Shown piece after piece: positions 26,760 to 37,582 of a stretch of DNA of 64,000 nt (position 1 is its first letter; each line of letters starts with the position of its first letter). The DNA comes from Fidelibacterota bacterium (GTDB lineage: Bacteria > Fidelibacterota > Marinisomatia > Marinisomatales > UBA1611). The stretch spans positions 33,320 to 97,319 of the forward strand of contig PAPB01000024.1 of assembly GCA_002708715.1 (NCBI GenBank). The letters run 5' to 3'. The position numbers and the translations under genes are program-made. The notes under the pieces were generated by a model that worked only from the letters and a program-made list of their open reading frames with translations, had not been told where the DNA came from and did no database searches.

Positions 26760-28028
26760 ATGTTTAAAATACTAAAAAAGAAAAAAGTTTGGATTCCTGC
26801 ATTAATTATTTTGATTTTAATAGTTTGGTTTTTTATGACAAAATCAGGGTCTGATGATATAACCTTTGTTGATGCTGAAAAAGTTGAATTAAGAAAAATC
26901 GTGCAAAAAATAAATGCGAGCGGAAAAATTCAGCCTGAGGAATCAGTTCAAATAACCTCCACAATTACTGGTTGGATAACAGAGATTACTGTTATGGAAG
27001 GAGATACTGTAGAACCAGGTCAGCACTTGATCAGTATTGATGAAAAACAAATTAGACCTCGCTATAATAATGCACTTTCCCAAGTTAAATCATCGGAAGC
27101 AAATCTTAAAAAAGTAAAAGCGCAGATGGATCGTACTAAGTCTCTATTCTCCAAGAAGCTTATATCACAGCAAGAACAAGAGCAAGTAGAAGCATCTTTC
27201 CAGATTGCACTTAGCCAGGCAGAGCAGGCAAATGCAAATTTATTATCTGCTGAAGATGAGCTTTCAAAAACACGCTTAACTGCACCCAAATTTGGGATTG
27301 TTACAAGTATTACAAAGGAAGAAGGAGAAATGGCTGTTGGAGGAATGTTTAATCCTGGTGTTTTAATGACGATAGCAGATTTAAGTAGAATGGAAGTTGA
27401 GGTTGATGTAAATGAAAATGATGTCGTTAATATCACTATTGGAGATACAACAGAAATTGAAATAGACGCTTATCCAGATACAATGTTTTTTGGAATTGTT
27501 AGTGAAATTGCACATACAGCTCAATCAATGAATATGGGCTCACAGCAACAGGTCACAAATTTTAAAGTAAAAGTTAAAATGATCACAGTGCCTGATAGGA
27601 TTCGTCCTGGTATGAGTAGTACGGTAAATATTATTACTGAAACCATCAAAAATGCTTTATCTATTCCAATTCAGGCTCTTACGTCTAGGCCTGAAAACTA
27701 TAAAGACAAAGGTGATTCTGATAAAAAACAAAATAAGTGGGAAAAAGATGATGATGATATATCATTTAAAAAAATCAAACCAATTGATGTGGTTTTTGTT
27801 TTGAAGGATGAGTTTGGAGATAATAAAGTAGAAGAAGGAAAAAAATATGCATTAGTTAAACCAATTAAAGTTGGTATTTCTGGTGAAAATTATTATGAAG
27901 TGAAATCAGGGATAGCGAATAATGATATGATTGTAATTGGTGGTTATAGAGTTTTAAGTAAAGATTTGAATCATGGAGATTTAGTTAAAATGAAAAATCA
28001 AAAAGTGCAATCTGTAAATGAAGAGTAG
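26760..28028 (+). CDS. efflux periplasmic adaptor (HlyD/MacA family)
   Basis: N-terminal TM, then a lipoyl/beta-barrel segment (GKIQPEESVQITSTITGWITEI, GDTVEPGQHL), a long coiled-coil hairpin and LTAPKFGIVTSI. Confidence 0.85.
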   Translation: MFKILKKKKVWIPALIILILIVWFFMTKSGSDDITFVDAEKVELRKIVQKINASGKIQPEESVQITSTITGWITEITVMEGDTVEPGQHLISIDEKQIRPRYNNALSQVKSSEANLKKVKAQMDRTKSLFSKKLISQQEQEQVEASFQIALSQAEQANANLLSAEDELSKTRLTAPKFGIVTSITKEEGEMAVGGMFNPGVLMTIADLSRMEVEVDVNENDVVNITIGDTTEIEIDAYPDTMFFGIVSEIAHTAQSMNMGSQQQVTNFKVKVKMITVPDRIRPGMSSTVNIITETIKNALSIPIQALTSRPENYKDKGDSDKKQNKWEKDDDDISFKKIKPIDVVFVLKDEFGDNKVEEGKKYALVKPIKVGISGENYYEVKSGIANNDMIVIGGYRVLSKDLNHGDLVKMKNQKVQSVNEE

Positions 28029-28056
28029 AGGTGTCTTTTATAAATAGGAGATTGTT

Positions 28057-28746
28057 TTGGTTTTAATTGCACTTAATAATATTTATAAAATTTATAATGT
28101 AGGCGGTGAAGAGGTTCGAGCTTTAGATGGTATTAATTTAGAAATTAAGGAAAATGAATATTTAGCAATCATGGGTCCATCTGGATCAGGTAAGTCTACC
28201 TTAATGAATATGATTGGTTGTTTAGATACTCCTTCTTCAGGAGTCTATCAATTTGAGGGTGAAATGGTACAGGAAATGGATGACGACCAGCTAGCATCTA
28301 TAAGAAATCGGAAGATAGGCTTTGTTTTTCAAACATTCAACTTATTACCTAAAGCAACCGCACAGCATAATGTTGAAATTCCACTTATTTATGGTAATAT
28401 AAGAAAAAATGAAAGAATAAAAATGGCCTCAAAAGCTTTGATAGATGTTGGTTTGGCAGATCGTATGCATCATAAACCAAATGAGTTATCTGGGGGGCAG
28501 AGACAAAGAGTTGCTATTGCTCGCGCACTAGTAAATAGTCCTTCTATCATTTTGGCTGATGAGCCCACAGGTAACTTAGATTCAAAAAGTGGTCATGAAA
28601 TTATGGGGATACTTGATCAATTACATCAACGAGGGAATACAATTATTCTTGTTACTCATGAAGATAACATCGCACAGCATGCGCATCGAGTTATTAGATT
28701 ATTTGATGGGAAAATCACAGAAGATTCGAAAGTCAAAAGCGAATGA
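28057..28746 (+). CDS. MacB-type ABC exporter ATP-binding protein (stand-alone ATPase)
   Basis: Walker [40 protein letters not shown]. An AGGAG Shine-Dalgarno sequence lies upstream. Confidence 0.92.
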   Translation: MVLIALNNIYKIYNVGGEEVRALDGINLEIKENEYLAIMGPSGSGKSTLMNMIGCLDTPSSGVYQFEGEMVQEMDDDQLASIRNRKIGFVFQTFNLLPKATAQHNVEIPLIYGNIRKNERIKMASKALIDVGLADRMHHKPNELSGGQRQRVAIARALVNSPSIILADEPTGNLDSKSGHEIMGILDQLHQRGNTIILVTHEDNIAQHAHRVIRLFDGKITEDSKVKSE

Positions 28747-29954
28747 TTTTATTATTTATAGAAAATTTATTTATTTCGTTATCATCTGTTTTTGCAAACA
28801 AAACTAGATCCATATTAACGGCTCTTGGTATTATAATTGGAGTTGTATCTGTTACAATGATGGGAACCCTTATTTCAGGGCTCGATAAAACATTTGAGAA
28901 TAGTATGTCTTGGCTTGGAAAGGATATTTTATACGTTAGCCGTTATGAATGGTTTGGAGATATGGAGTGGTGGGAAGTAAGAAATAGGCCAAGAATAAGG
29001 CCAGAGTATGTTGATAAAATAAAGGTAAGATCAAAATACGCGCTTGCAGTAGCGCCTGTTATGCAGCGCGGAGCATCTCTTTCTTATGGAGAAAAAGAAA
29101 CTAGAACAGAAATATTTGGGACAAATGAAGATTATATGGAAACAATAACAACAAATATTGTTCAGGGTAGATTCTTTTCTAAAAATGAAGATAGATCAGG
29201 CTCAAGAGTAACCGTAATTGGAGATGGAATTAAAGAAGCATTTTTTGGAGATCAAGATCCAATTGGTAAATACATTAAAATAGATAATATTAAATTCCGC
29301 GTGATAGGTGTTTTAGAGAAACAGGGAAAATTTTTGGGATTATTTAGTGTCGATAAACAGGCAATTCTTCCTATTGGAGCCTATAATAGAATTTTTTCAA
29401 AAAGAGGGTGGATGAGATTAAGTATTAAAATTCCAGAAAATAAAATAGAGGAAGGTTTAGATGAAATTTCCTCCGTGATGCGACATATTCGAGGCTTAAA
29501 ACCAAATCAAAAAAATGATTTTGCTATTAATCAGACGAAGGCTTTTGAAAAAAATTACAATACTTTGAAATTAGCAATAGGTGGAACAGGAACTTTTATT
29601 ACCCTTTTATCTCTAATTGTAGGTGGTATTGGAGTGATGAATATTATGTTCGTCTCTGTAAAAGAAAGAACAAGAGAGATAGGTGTTCGTAAAGCTATTG
29701 GCGCAACGAAAGGAATGATTTTAGGGCAATTCCTAATGGAAGCAGTTTTGATTTGTTTAATAGCTGGACTAATAGGTTTATTAATATCTTATATATTTAG
29801 TATTCTTTTAAACAAAATTTTTCCATCTACCATGGATATATGGTTGGCAACATTTTCAATTTTAATGAGTATTGTTGTTGGTGTTGTTTCAGGATTGATA
29901 CCATCATATCGAGCTGCGAATCTTGATCCCATAGACTCTTTAAGGTACGAATGA
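28743..29954 (+). CDS. MacB-type ABC permease (MacB periplasmic core domain + FtsX)
   Basis: 403 aa with [16 protein letters not shown] at the N-terminus, [13 protein letters not shown] in the FtsX domain, and the C-terminal [17 protein letters not shown]. Confidence 0.9.
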   Translation: MILLFIENLFISLSSVFANKTRSILTALGIIIGVVSVTMMGTLISGLDKTFENSMSWLGKDILYVSRYEWFGDMEWWEVRNRPRIRPEYVDKIKVRSKYALAVAPVMQRGASLSYGEKETRTEIFGTNEDYMETITTNIVQGRFFSKNEDRSGSRVTVIGDGIKEAFFGDQDPIGKYIKIDNIKFRVIGVLEKQGKFLGLFSVDKQAILPIGAYNRIFSKRGWMRLSIKIPENKIEEGLDEISSVMRHIRGLKPNQKNDFAINQTKAFEKNYNTLKLAIGGTGTFITLLSLIVGGIGVMNIMFVSVKERTREIGVRKAIGATKGMILGQFLMEAVLICLIAGLIGLLISYIFSILLNKIFPSTMDIWLATFSILMSIVVGVVSGLIPSYRAANLDPIDSLRYE

Positions 29955-29955
29955 T

Positions 29956-31200
29956 ATGGGTTCAAGAAGTATAAAAAATATTGTAACAGAAAGTTTTTGG
30001 ATGGCTATTGATGCAATTCGCAAAAATAAACTTCGATCAAGCTTAACATTGTTAGGAATTAGCATAGGTGTATTTTCGGTAATAGGTGTTATGACAGCAA
30101 TCCGGACTCTTGAATCTTCAGTTGCTTCAGGTCTTAATGTATTTGCCACTAATACTTTTGTTATTCAAAAATATCCTGAAATATCATTTGGAGATAACAG
30201 GAAATATAGAAAAAGAAAAAATATTGATTTTTCTCAATATCAAAAATTAAAAGCACGATCAACCCTCCCTATTTTAGTTAGTGTACTTGAAGGTAAATCA
30301 GTAAGAAATGTAAAATATAAAGATAAAGTTGTAAAGAACTATGTAAGCCTTATTGGAGGCGATGATGGTACCATTAGGTTTTACAATACATATCTTTCAG
30401 ACGGTAGAAATTTTATTGATGATGATATTCATTTCGGAAGAAATGTATGTATTTTAGGAATGGATGTTGTAGATCGGCTATTTCCTTTTGAAGACCCTAT
30501 TAGTAAAAAAATAAAAATCGAGGGTCTTGACTATTTCGTTGTCGGTGTAACAGAAAGACAGGGTGAAGCTTTTGGTGAAAGCAAAGATAATTTTATTGCC
30601 ATTCCTATATCAACCTTTTTAAAAAGATTCTCAGATCGATGGACAACTTTAAGTATACATGTGGAATCTTCATCAGAAAGTACTTTTGAAAAAACTAAAG
30701 ATGAAGCTATTGGGCTTATGAGGTCTATTCGAAAGGTGAATCCTGAAGAAGAAAATGATTTTGAAGTAGTGACTAATACAGAAATGATTGAGCAATTTTC
30801 TGGATTTACAAGTGGGATAAAACTTTTTGCTTTGTGTGTTAGTGTCATTGCTTTAGTTGTTGCTGGGATCGGGATAATGAACATAATGCTAGTTTCTGTA
30901 ACCGAACGTATTAAAGAGATTGGTATCCGTAAGGCAATTGGAGCCACAAAAAAAGATATTTTAACTCAATTTTTAATGGAAGCGATATTCCTAAGTGAAT
31001 TTGGTGGCGTTGTAGGAATTGTTTTGGGAATTGCTGGAGGGAATATTGTTTCAATAATATTTAATATTCCAGCTGTTATTCCTATAGATTGGACCATTAT
31101 TGGATTGATCGTTTGTTCAGTTATTGGTATTGGTTTTGGTATATATCCAGCATGGAGGGCTGCACAATTAGACCCTATTGAATCATTAAGATTTGAATAA
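29956..31200 (+). CDS. MacB-type ABC permease (second, paralogous)
   Basis: 414 aa with [30 protein letters not shown] and the C-terminal PAWRAAQLDPIESLRFE. Confidence 0.9.
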   Translation: MGSRSIKNIVTESFWMAIDAIRKNKLRSSLTLLGISIGVFSVIGVMTAIRTLESSVASGLNVFATNTFVIQKYPEISFGDNRKYRKRKNIDFSQYQKLKARSTLPILVSVLEGKSVRNVKYKDKVVKNYVSLIGGDDGTIRFYNTYLSDGRNFIDDDIHFGRNVCILGMDVVDRLFPFEDPISKKIKIEGLDYFVVGVTERQGEAFGESKDNFIAIPISTFLKRFSDRWTTLSIHVESSSESTFEKTKDEAIGLMRSIRKVNPEEENDFEVVTNTEMIEQFSGFTSGIKLFALCVSVIALVVAGIGIMNIMLVSVTERIKEIGIRKAIGATKKDILTQFLMEAIFLSEFGGVVGIVLGIAGGNIVSIIFNIPAVIPIDWTIIGLIVCSVIGIGFGIYPAWRAAQLDPIESLRFE

Positions 31201-31268
31201 AATTCAGCTTTAATTCTAATATATCATACTATTCTTTTATTTCTGGTATAGGTAATTTTTACGATATC

Positions 31269-32018
31269 ATGAATATCGGAATAATACCAGCTCGTCTTGA
31301 TTCGAAACGTTTTCCAAAAAAAATATTAGAGCCTATAAATGGTAAACCAATGATTGCGAATACTGTTGAAAGGACATTAATGTCAAAAAAACTTGAGCGA
31401 GTGATTCTTGCAATTGATTCAGAAGAGACAAAGCATGCTTTAAGAGATTTTAATTTTGAAATTGTTATGACCTCTTCTGAGCATCAATCAGGAACAGATA
31501 GGATTGCGGAAGTTGCTTGTGATTTTGAAGATCTGGATATCATCATAAATATACAAGGAGATGAACCTTTAATTGATCCCAAAGTAATTGATTCTTTAGT
31601 AAGTAAACTTGAAGATCCGAATGTTGATTTTGCCACGGTCTTAAGTACCAATTTAACTACAAGTGATTTTTTAGATCCAAATGTTGTTAAAGCCATTATT
31701 AATGAAAAGCAGGAAGCTATAGAATTTAAACGGAATATTGATGATTTCGAAATTGGTGGAGTATATCGCCATGTTGGTTTATATGGTTATACAAAAAAAA
31801 TGCTTATGAGGTTTACAGCGCTTGCACAATCACAAAATGAAATAGCTCAAAAATTAGAGCAATTAAGAGCCCTTGATAATAATATTACTATAGATGTTAT
31901 AATCGATTCTTGTAATAGTTTATCTGTTGATACTAAAGAAGATTTTGAAAAAATTACTAAGTTAGTTGATTCTATATCTGAAATTGAATTAATTGAGGAC
32001 GGCTATGAAGAGCAATAA
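31269..32018 (+). CDS. kdsB: 3-deoxy-manno-octulosonate cytidylyltransferase
   Basis: GIIPARLDSKRFPKKIL, SGTDRIAEV, NIQGDEPLI. Confidence 0.9.
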   Translation: MNIGIIPARLDSKRFPKKILEPINGKPMIANTVERTLMSKKLERVILAIDSEETKHALRDFNFEIVMTSSEHQSGTDRIAEVACDFEDLDIIINIQGDEPLIDPKVIDSLVSKLEDPNVDFATVLSTNLTTSDFLDPNVVKAIINEKQEAIEFKRNIDDFEIGGVYRHVGLYGYTKKMLMRFTALAQSQNEIAQKLEQLRALDNNITIDVIIDSCNSLSVDTKEDFEKITKLVDSISEIELIEDGYEEQ

Positions 32019-33621
32019 TAATCATATTAAATATATTTTTGTTGTTGGCGGAGTTATGTCAGGCCTAGGCAAAGGTATAGCAGCAGCATCTATTGGATAT
32101 TTATTAAAACAGGCTGGAGTAAGAGTAACAATTCTTAAGTTAGATCCCTACTTAAACGTAGATCCTGGCACCATGAATCCCTATCAGCATGGAGAGGTAT
32201 TTGTTTTAGATGATGGATCTGAAACAGATCTAGATTTAGGTCATTATGAACGGTTTATTGATGTAAATATGACTAAAGATAATAATGCAACAGCAGGTCA
32301 GATTTATAGTACGGTTTTAGACAGGGAGAGAAAAGGTGCATATCTTGGTGATACTGTTCAGGTAATACCTCATGTAACAGATGAGATCAAAAATAGAATT
32401 CAGCGTGTTAATGCGAAAAATCAATACGATGTTATCATATGTGAAGTTGGTGGGACTGTTGGAGATATTGAAAGTTTACCTTTTATGGAGTCTATACGTC
32501 AGCTTTCTATAGAAGTTGGATATCATAATCACATGTTGGTACATGTTACCTTATTGCCTTATGTAAGAGCTAGTGGAGAATTAAAATCGAAGCCAACACA
32601 GCATTCGGTAATGAAACTTCGAGAGATTGGCCTTTCTCCAGATATGATTTTATGTAGGTCTGAGTTTCCAATTGAACAATCTGTGAGAGATAAGATTGCA
32701 CTGTTTTGTAATGTTCCACCAAATCATGTTATTGAAGGTAGAGATGTCTCTAGTATATATGAAGTGCCTTTAGCTATATACAAACAAAATGCTGGTCATT
32801 TGATAAAAGATCGTTTAAAAATAAATAAAACACCTCAACTTGGTGCTTTAAGAAAGTTTATTAAAAATTTTAATAATCCTAAGTTTGATGTTACGATAGC
32901 AATGTGTGGAAAGTATACTGAGCTTATTGATTCATATAAAAGTGTAATGGAAGCATTTGTACATGCTGGAGTAGAGAATAAGGCAAGGGTAAACATAAAA
33001 TGGGTTCAAGCAGAAAAAATTAAAAATGAAAAATCTATTAAAAAGCTTTTTTCTAATATTAACGGCGTTTTAATTCTACCAGGATTTGGTGCTCGTGGTT
33101 CTGAAGGTAAAATTCGAATTGCAAAATTTTCTCGTGAAAACAAAATCCCATTTTTAGGTATATGCCTAGGTTTGCAGTGTGCTGTAATTGAATTTGCACG
33201 TAATGTATGTAATATGGAAGGTGCAGATTCAACAGAGTTTAATAAGCGTACAAAATTTCCAGTGATTGATTTGATGGAGTCTCAGCGTGCAATAAAAATT
33301 AAAGGTGGAACTATGAGGCTTGGAGCCTATGATTGTGAAATAAAGACAGGAACAAAGACATATGCTGCGTATAGAAAAAAAAGAATTACCGAAAGACATA
33401 GACATAGATATGAGGTTAACAATCGCTATAAAAAGAAGCTCGAAAAAAATGGTTTAATATTTTCTGGAGTTAATAAAGATCTAGGAGTTGTAGAAGCTAT
33501 AGAAATTAAAGGTCATCCTTGGTATATAGCAGGTCAATTTCATCCAGAGCTGAAGAGTAGAGTTAATAAGGCCCATCCACTTTTTAGAGAATTTGTTAAA
33601 GCTGCGGTGAAAACTTTATGA
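32005..33621 (+). CDS. pyrG: CTP synthase
   Basis: KYIFVVGGVMSGLGKGI, DPYLNVDPGTMNPYQHGEVFV, and a glutaminase domain with GICLGLQ and RHRHRYEVN. The ATG at 32005 is preferred over the ORF-track TTG at 31993. It overlaps the kdsB end by 14 nt. Confidence 0.95.
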   Translation: MKSNNNHIKYIFVVGGVMSGLGKGIAAASIGYLLKQAGVRVTILKLDPYLNVDPGTMNPYQHGEVFVLDDGSETDLDLGHYERFIDVNMTKDNNATAGQIYSTVLDRERKGAYLGDTVQVIPHVTDEIKNRIQRVNAKNQYDVIICEVGGTVGDIESLPFMESIRQLSIEVGYHNHMLVHVTLLPYVRASGELKSKPTQHSVMKLREIGLSPDMILCRSEFPIEQSVRDKIALFCNVPPNHVIEGRDVSSIYEVPLAIYKQNAGHLIKDRLKINKTPQLGALRKFIKNFNNPKFDVTIAMCGKYTELIDSYKSVMEAFVHAGVENKARVNIKWVQAEKIKNEKSIKKLFSNINGVLILPGFGARGSEGKIRIAKFSRENKIPFLGICLGLQCAVIEFARNVCNMEGADSTEFNKRTKFPVIDLMESQRAIKIKGGTMRLGAYDCEIKTGTKTYAAYRKKRITERHRHRYEVNNRYKKKLEKNGLIFSGVNKDLGVVEAIEIKGHPWYIAGQFHPELKSRVNKAHPLFREFVKAAVKTL

Positions 33622-34430
33622 TGAAAAATGTTATTGTTGAAAAAGTTAGTTTTGGTGGTGATTCTTTAGGTTTAATTATGGGTCCTTGTGTTATTGAGAG
33701 TAGAGATCATTCAATGATTATGGCTGAATCTCTTTTTGAAATAACAAATCGTCTTGGTTTAAATATGATTTTTAAAAGTTCATTTGATAAGGCTAATAGA
33801 TCTTCTATTTCTTCTTTTAGAGGATTAGGTATTGATGAAGGGTTAAAAGTTCTTGAGGATGTGAAAAGAGAAATAGGGTGTCCTATATTGACTGATATTC
33901 ATGAATCCTCGCAAGCAAAATATGTGTCTGAAATAGTAGATATTATTCAAATACCTGCATTCTTATGTCGTCAAACTGATTTGCTACGATCATCTGCCGA
34001 AACAGGTAGACCAGTAAATGTAAAAAAAGGGCAGTTTTTATCACCTTGGGATATGAAAAACGTAGTAACAAAATTAAAAGAATTTGGATGCGAGAATATT
34101 CTATTAACTGATCGTGGAACACAATTTGGTTATAACAATCTTGTTGGCGATATGAGGGCAATTCCGATCATGCAAGATTTTGGATATCCAGTTATTTTTG
34201 ATGCAACTCATAGTGCTCAGTTACCAGGTGGGAATGGTTTAACTTCTTCAGGCATGCGCGATATGATCCCTACTTTAGCAAAATCAGCAGTAGCAGCTGG
34301 TTGCAATGGTCTTTTTATGGAAGTTCATAATAATGTAAAGTCGGCAAAATCTGATGCTGCAACACAATGGCCTTTGTCAGAACTCGAATCTTTATTGGTA
34401 ACTCTTAAAAAAATTCGGGAGGTTTTATGA
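33618..34430 (+). CDS. kdsA: 3-deoxy-8-phosphooctulonate synthase
   Basis: GPCVIES, FKSSFDKANRSS, QIPAFLCRQTDLL, DATHS. Confidence 0.93.
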   Translation: MMKNVIVEKVSFGGDSLGLIMGPCVIESRDHSMIMAESLFEITNRLGLNMIFKSSFDKANRSSISSFRGLGIDEGLKVLEDVKREIGCPILTDIHESSQAKYVSEIVDIIQIPAFLCRQTDLLRSSAETGRPVNVKKGQFLSPWDMKNVVTKLKEFGCENILLTDRGTQFGYNNLVGDMRAIPIMQDFGYPVIFDATHSAQLPGGNGLTSSGMRDMIPTLAKSAVAAGCNGLFMEVHNNVKSAKSDAATQWPLSELESLLVTLKKIREVL

Positions 34431-34957
34431 GTCCTGATATAAAAAATTTAAAGATGTTGATTTCGGATGTAGATGGTGTTTGGACTGACGGTACATTTTA
34501 TAAAGGTACTGATGGCCAGGAATTTAAAAAGTTCAATGTTAATGATGGAGTAGGTGTTGCTATGGCTAGAGCTGCAAATTTAAAAATTGCTTTAATATCT
34601 GGAAGACACTCTGAAGCAACTAAATATCGTGCTCAAGAATTAAAAATTGATGATGTTTATAATGGAGGACTTAATAAAATTCCAGCGTATGAGGAATTGA
34701 AAGAGAAATATGACTTTATTGATTCTGAAATAGCATATATAGGAGATGATCTTATTGATATACCTATAATGAGCAAAGTAGGATTTCCAATCGCAGTAGA
34801 AAATGCAATAACAAAAGTAAAGAATATATCAGTATATACGACAAAGGTATCAGGAGGCTATGGGGCTTTCCGAGAAGCAGTTACTTGGATACTTGAGAAA
34901 CAAGATCGATTGGATGATGTGATAAGAATTATGAAAGAAAAAATACTAAATAATTAA
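34427..34957 (+). CDS. kdsC: KDO 8-phosphate phosphatase (YrbI family HAD)
   Basis: SDVDGVWTDG, ISGR, YIGDDLIDIP. Confidence 0.88.
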   Translation: MSPDIKNLKMLISDVDGVWTDGTFYKGTDGQEFKKFNVNDGVGVAMARAANLKIALISGRHSEATKYRAQELKIDDVYNGGLNKIPAYEELKEKYDFIDSEIAYIGDDLIDIPIMSKVGFPIAVENAITKVKNISVYTTKVSGGYGAFREAVTWILEKQDRLDDVIRIMKEKILNN

Positions 34958-34961
34958 TTAT

Positions 34962-35483
34962 ATGGTGCATTTGTTATCTATTTGTATTATGATAATTTTA
35001 TCTTGTAATAAGGATATAAGTAAAGTTTTACCTTCAAGTGAAGGTTTACCTGACCAAGAGAGTTGGGGAGTTACTATTATATTAACTAATGAGGGTCTTA
35101 TTCGAGCAAAGGTGATGTCTGGTCATTTAGAAAAATATAATGAAAAGGAATTTATAATATTAGATAGTAGCGTTTTTGTGGATTTTTATGATTTAAAAGA
35201 GAACCATACCTCTACCCTTAATTCTGATAAAGCAGAAATAAATGAAAAATCTAATGATATGTTAGCAATGGGAAATGTTATTGCTAAATCAGATAGCGGC
35301 ATTACTCTTTTTTCAGAAACATTAAAATGGTTAGCAAGGGAAGAGAAATTTATTACAAAAGACAGTCTCATGATTACTACTCTTGATAAGGATACATTAT
35401 ATGGTATTGGGTTTGAATCAAATGCAGATTTGAAAAATTGGAAAATTTTAAACCCATCAGGAATTACAGGTGAAAGTTTTTGA
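34962..35483 (+). CDS. lptC: LPS export periplasmic protein LptC (lipoprotein-anchored variant)
   Basis: 173 aa with a lipobox-like ILSC. An OstA/LptC-like beta-jellyroll pattern is present (VFVDFYD...GNVIAKSDSGITLFSETLKW). It sits directly upstream of lptB. Confidence 0.7.
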   Translation: MVHLLSICIMIILSCNKDISKVLPSSEGLPDQESWGVTIILTNEGLIRAKVMSGHLEKYNEKEFIILDSSVFVDFYDLKENHTSTLNSDKAEINEKSNDMLAMGNVIAKSDSGITLFSETLKWLAREEKFITKDSLMITTLDKDTLYGIGFESNADLKNWKILNPSGITGESF

Positions 35484-36223
35484 TAAGAGATAGGCATAAT
35501 ACTCTTCGAGCTGAAGGTTTGCAAAAAATTTATGGCAAGCGGTTGGTTGTTAAGGGTGTGGATATATCAGTAGATCGTGGTGAAATTGTAGGTCTTTTAG
35601 GTCCTAACGGAGCTGGGAAGACCACGTCTTTTTATATGATAACGGGAATGATAAAACCTAATAAAGGCCATGTTTTTTTAGATGAATCTGATATTACTAA
35701 TGATGCAATGTATAAAAGAGCGCGAAAAGGAATTGGATATCTTGCTCAAGAACCATCTATTTTTGGAAAACTTACCGTCGAAGATAATCTAAAATTAGTT
35801 TTAGAAATGAGGAAAGATTTAAAACAACAAGATCAAAATAAAAAAATAAAAAATCTCCTTGAAGATTTTTCTATTTTTCATTTATCACAGAGTAAAGGGA
35901 ATACATTATCTGGTGGTGAACGGCGTAGAGTAGAAATAGCAAGAAGTCTTTGTATGGATCCTGATTTTATTTTATTAGATGAACCTTTTGCAGGTGTTGA
36001 CCCAATAGCTGTTGAAGAAATTCAAGAGATTGTACATAATCTTAAAGAAAAAGAAATTGGTGTTTTAATTACAGATCATAATGTTAGAGAAACTTTATCA
36101 ATAACAGATAGATCTTATTTATTATTTGATGGCCAAATATTAAAATCTGGGACTTCTGAATATCTTGCAAGTGATAAGGATGCTAGGAGACTTTACCTTG
36201 GGGAAAAATTTAAATTAGATTAA
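35480..36223 (+). CDS. lptB: LPS export ABC transporter ATP-binding protein
   Basis: GPNGAGKTT, LSGGERRRVEIARSL, ILLDEPFAGVDP, ITDHNVRETL. Confidence 0.92.
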   Translation: MIRDRHNTLRAEGLQKIYGKRLVVKGVDISVDRGEIVGLLGPNGAGKTTSFYMITGMIKPNKGHVFLDESDITNDAMYKRARKGIGYLAQEPSIFGKLTVEDNLKLVLEMRKDLKQQDQNKKIKNLLEDFSIFHLSQSKGNTLSGGERRRVEIARSLCMDPDFILLDEPFAGVDPIAVEEIQEIVHNLKEKEIGVLITDHNVRETLSITDRSYLLFDGQILKSGTSEYLASDKDARRLYLGEKFKLD

Positions 36224-37569
36224 TGGCTACTTCATTAAAACAGATACAATCTCAAAAACAAAAACTTGCACCACGACAAGTTTTGAATGCAAGATTACTT
36301 CAATTAAATATAGTAAACCTTGAACAAACAATAATAAAAGAATTAGAACAGAATCCAACACTTGAACAAATAGAGTCTATGGAATCACAATCAGATGAGA
36401 CGGAAGAAAAAAGTATTATCGAAGATATGGATGTTTCTCTTGAGGATATGTATAGTAACGAATCAAATTATTATCTTACTGAAGAGAAAAAAGAGATGCC
36501 ATTACCAGATCAAAGTACTTTTCTTGAGAAGGTTATTAATCAATTGCAAGATATAAAATTAAATGAAGATGAACGTGAAATTGCAGAAGAAATTATTTGG
36601 AATACAAATGAGCGAGGTTATTTAGATACTGATCTTATCTTAATAGCAGATCGTTATAATTTACTTGAAGAAGAAATAGAGCCTGTTCTTTTTAAGGTTC
36701 AAAGATTGGAACCTAAAGGCATTGGATCGAGAAATTTAAAAGAATGTCTTATGATTCAATTAGAAGACAAAAAATCATCATTGCCTTATAAGATACTTAA
36801 TAAATCTTTTGATGATTTTATGCACAAAAGGTATGAAAAAATTAAAGATAAATTAAAATGTTCTAATCAGGATTTACATGAGGCAGTTGAAATTATAGCC
36901 AATTTAAATCCTCGACCTGGTGAGGGATATAGAGATAAATTTCAGACTGTGATTCCCGATTTAATCATTAGAGAAGATGGTAGTGATTGGGTTATTACAA
37001 CAAATGATTCAGGTATTCCAGAATTAAGAATTAGTCATTTTTATGAAAATCAGATACAGAATAATAAGTTTGAAGGAGAAGCGAAAAAGTTTATTAGAGA
37101 GAAGATTGATTCTGCAAAATGGTTTATTGAGGCAATTCATCAACGAAGACTAACAATGGTGAATGTTATGTATTCAATTATTAAATTTCAACCAGAATGG
37201 TTTAGTGGAAATATGAACTTTCTGCGTCCATTAAAATTGCAAGATGTTGCTGATCATATTAGTATGGATATTTCAACTATTAGTAGGTCTACTAGAGGAA
37301 AATTTGTAGATACGCCATATGGTATTTTTGAATTAAAATATTATTTTTCAGATTCTTTAGAATTATCTGATGGTAATATTGTGAGCACGTTTATAATAAA
37401 ACGAACTTTGGAAAAAATTATATGTTCTGAAGATAAAAGTGCTCCATATAGTGATGATGTTTTAGTAAAAAAGCTTAGCGATAAAGGGTTTCTTATGGCT
37501 AGAAGGACTATTGCAAAATATCGTGATCAAATGGGTTATCCTGTTGCACGATTAAGAAAAACAATATAA
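36223..37569 (+). CDS. rpoN: RNA polymerase sigma-54 factor
   Basis: N-terminal Gln/Leu-rich region I, a core-binding domain, and the C-terminal RpoN box ARRTIAKYR. Confidence 0.93.
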   Translation: MATSLKQIQSQKQKLAPRQVLNARLLQLNIVNLEQTIIKELEQNPTLEQIESMESQSDETEEKSIIEDMDVSLEDMYSNESNYYLTEEKKEMPLPDQSTFLEKVINQLQDIKLNEDEREIAEEIIWNTNERGYLDTDLILIADRYNLLEEEIEPVLFKVQRLEPKGIGSRNLKECLMIQLEDKKSSLPYKILNKSFDDFMHKRYEKIKDKLKCSNQDLHEAVEIIANLNPRPGEGYRDKFQTVIPDLIIREDGSDWVITTNDSGIPELRISHFYENQIQNNKFEGEAKKFIREKIDSAKWFIEAIHQRRLTMVNVMYSIIKFQPEWFSGNMNFLRPLKLQDVADHISMDISTISRSTRGKFVDTPYGIFELKYYFSDSLELSDGNIVSTFIIKRTLEKIICSEDKSAPYSDDVLVKKLSDKGFLMARRTIAKYRDQMGYPVARLRKTI

Positions 37570-37582
37570 TAAGGAGTATTAA

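Noticed and set aside
30531-30947. 138-aa antisense ORF inside the second MacB-type permease gene. Similar cases are 27062-27436, 35186-35524, 37759-38085, 38251-38529, 43888-44238 and 52539-52865.
   Set aside because: Each lies wholly inside a strongly supported CDS on the opposite strand. They have Ser/Ile/Leu/Phe/Thr-rich low-complexity translations typical of antisense reading of AT-rich codons. They show no recognisable motifs and no independent ribosome-binding or promoter context.
31993-32004. ORF-track TTG start for pyrG (MRTAMKS...).
   Set aside because: The ATG at 32005 gives the conserved N-terminus (MKSNNNHIKYIFVVGG...), so the TTG extension is unnecessary.
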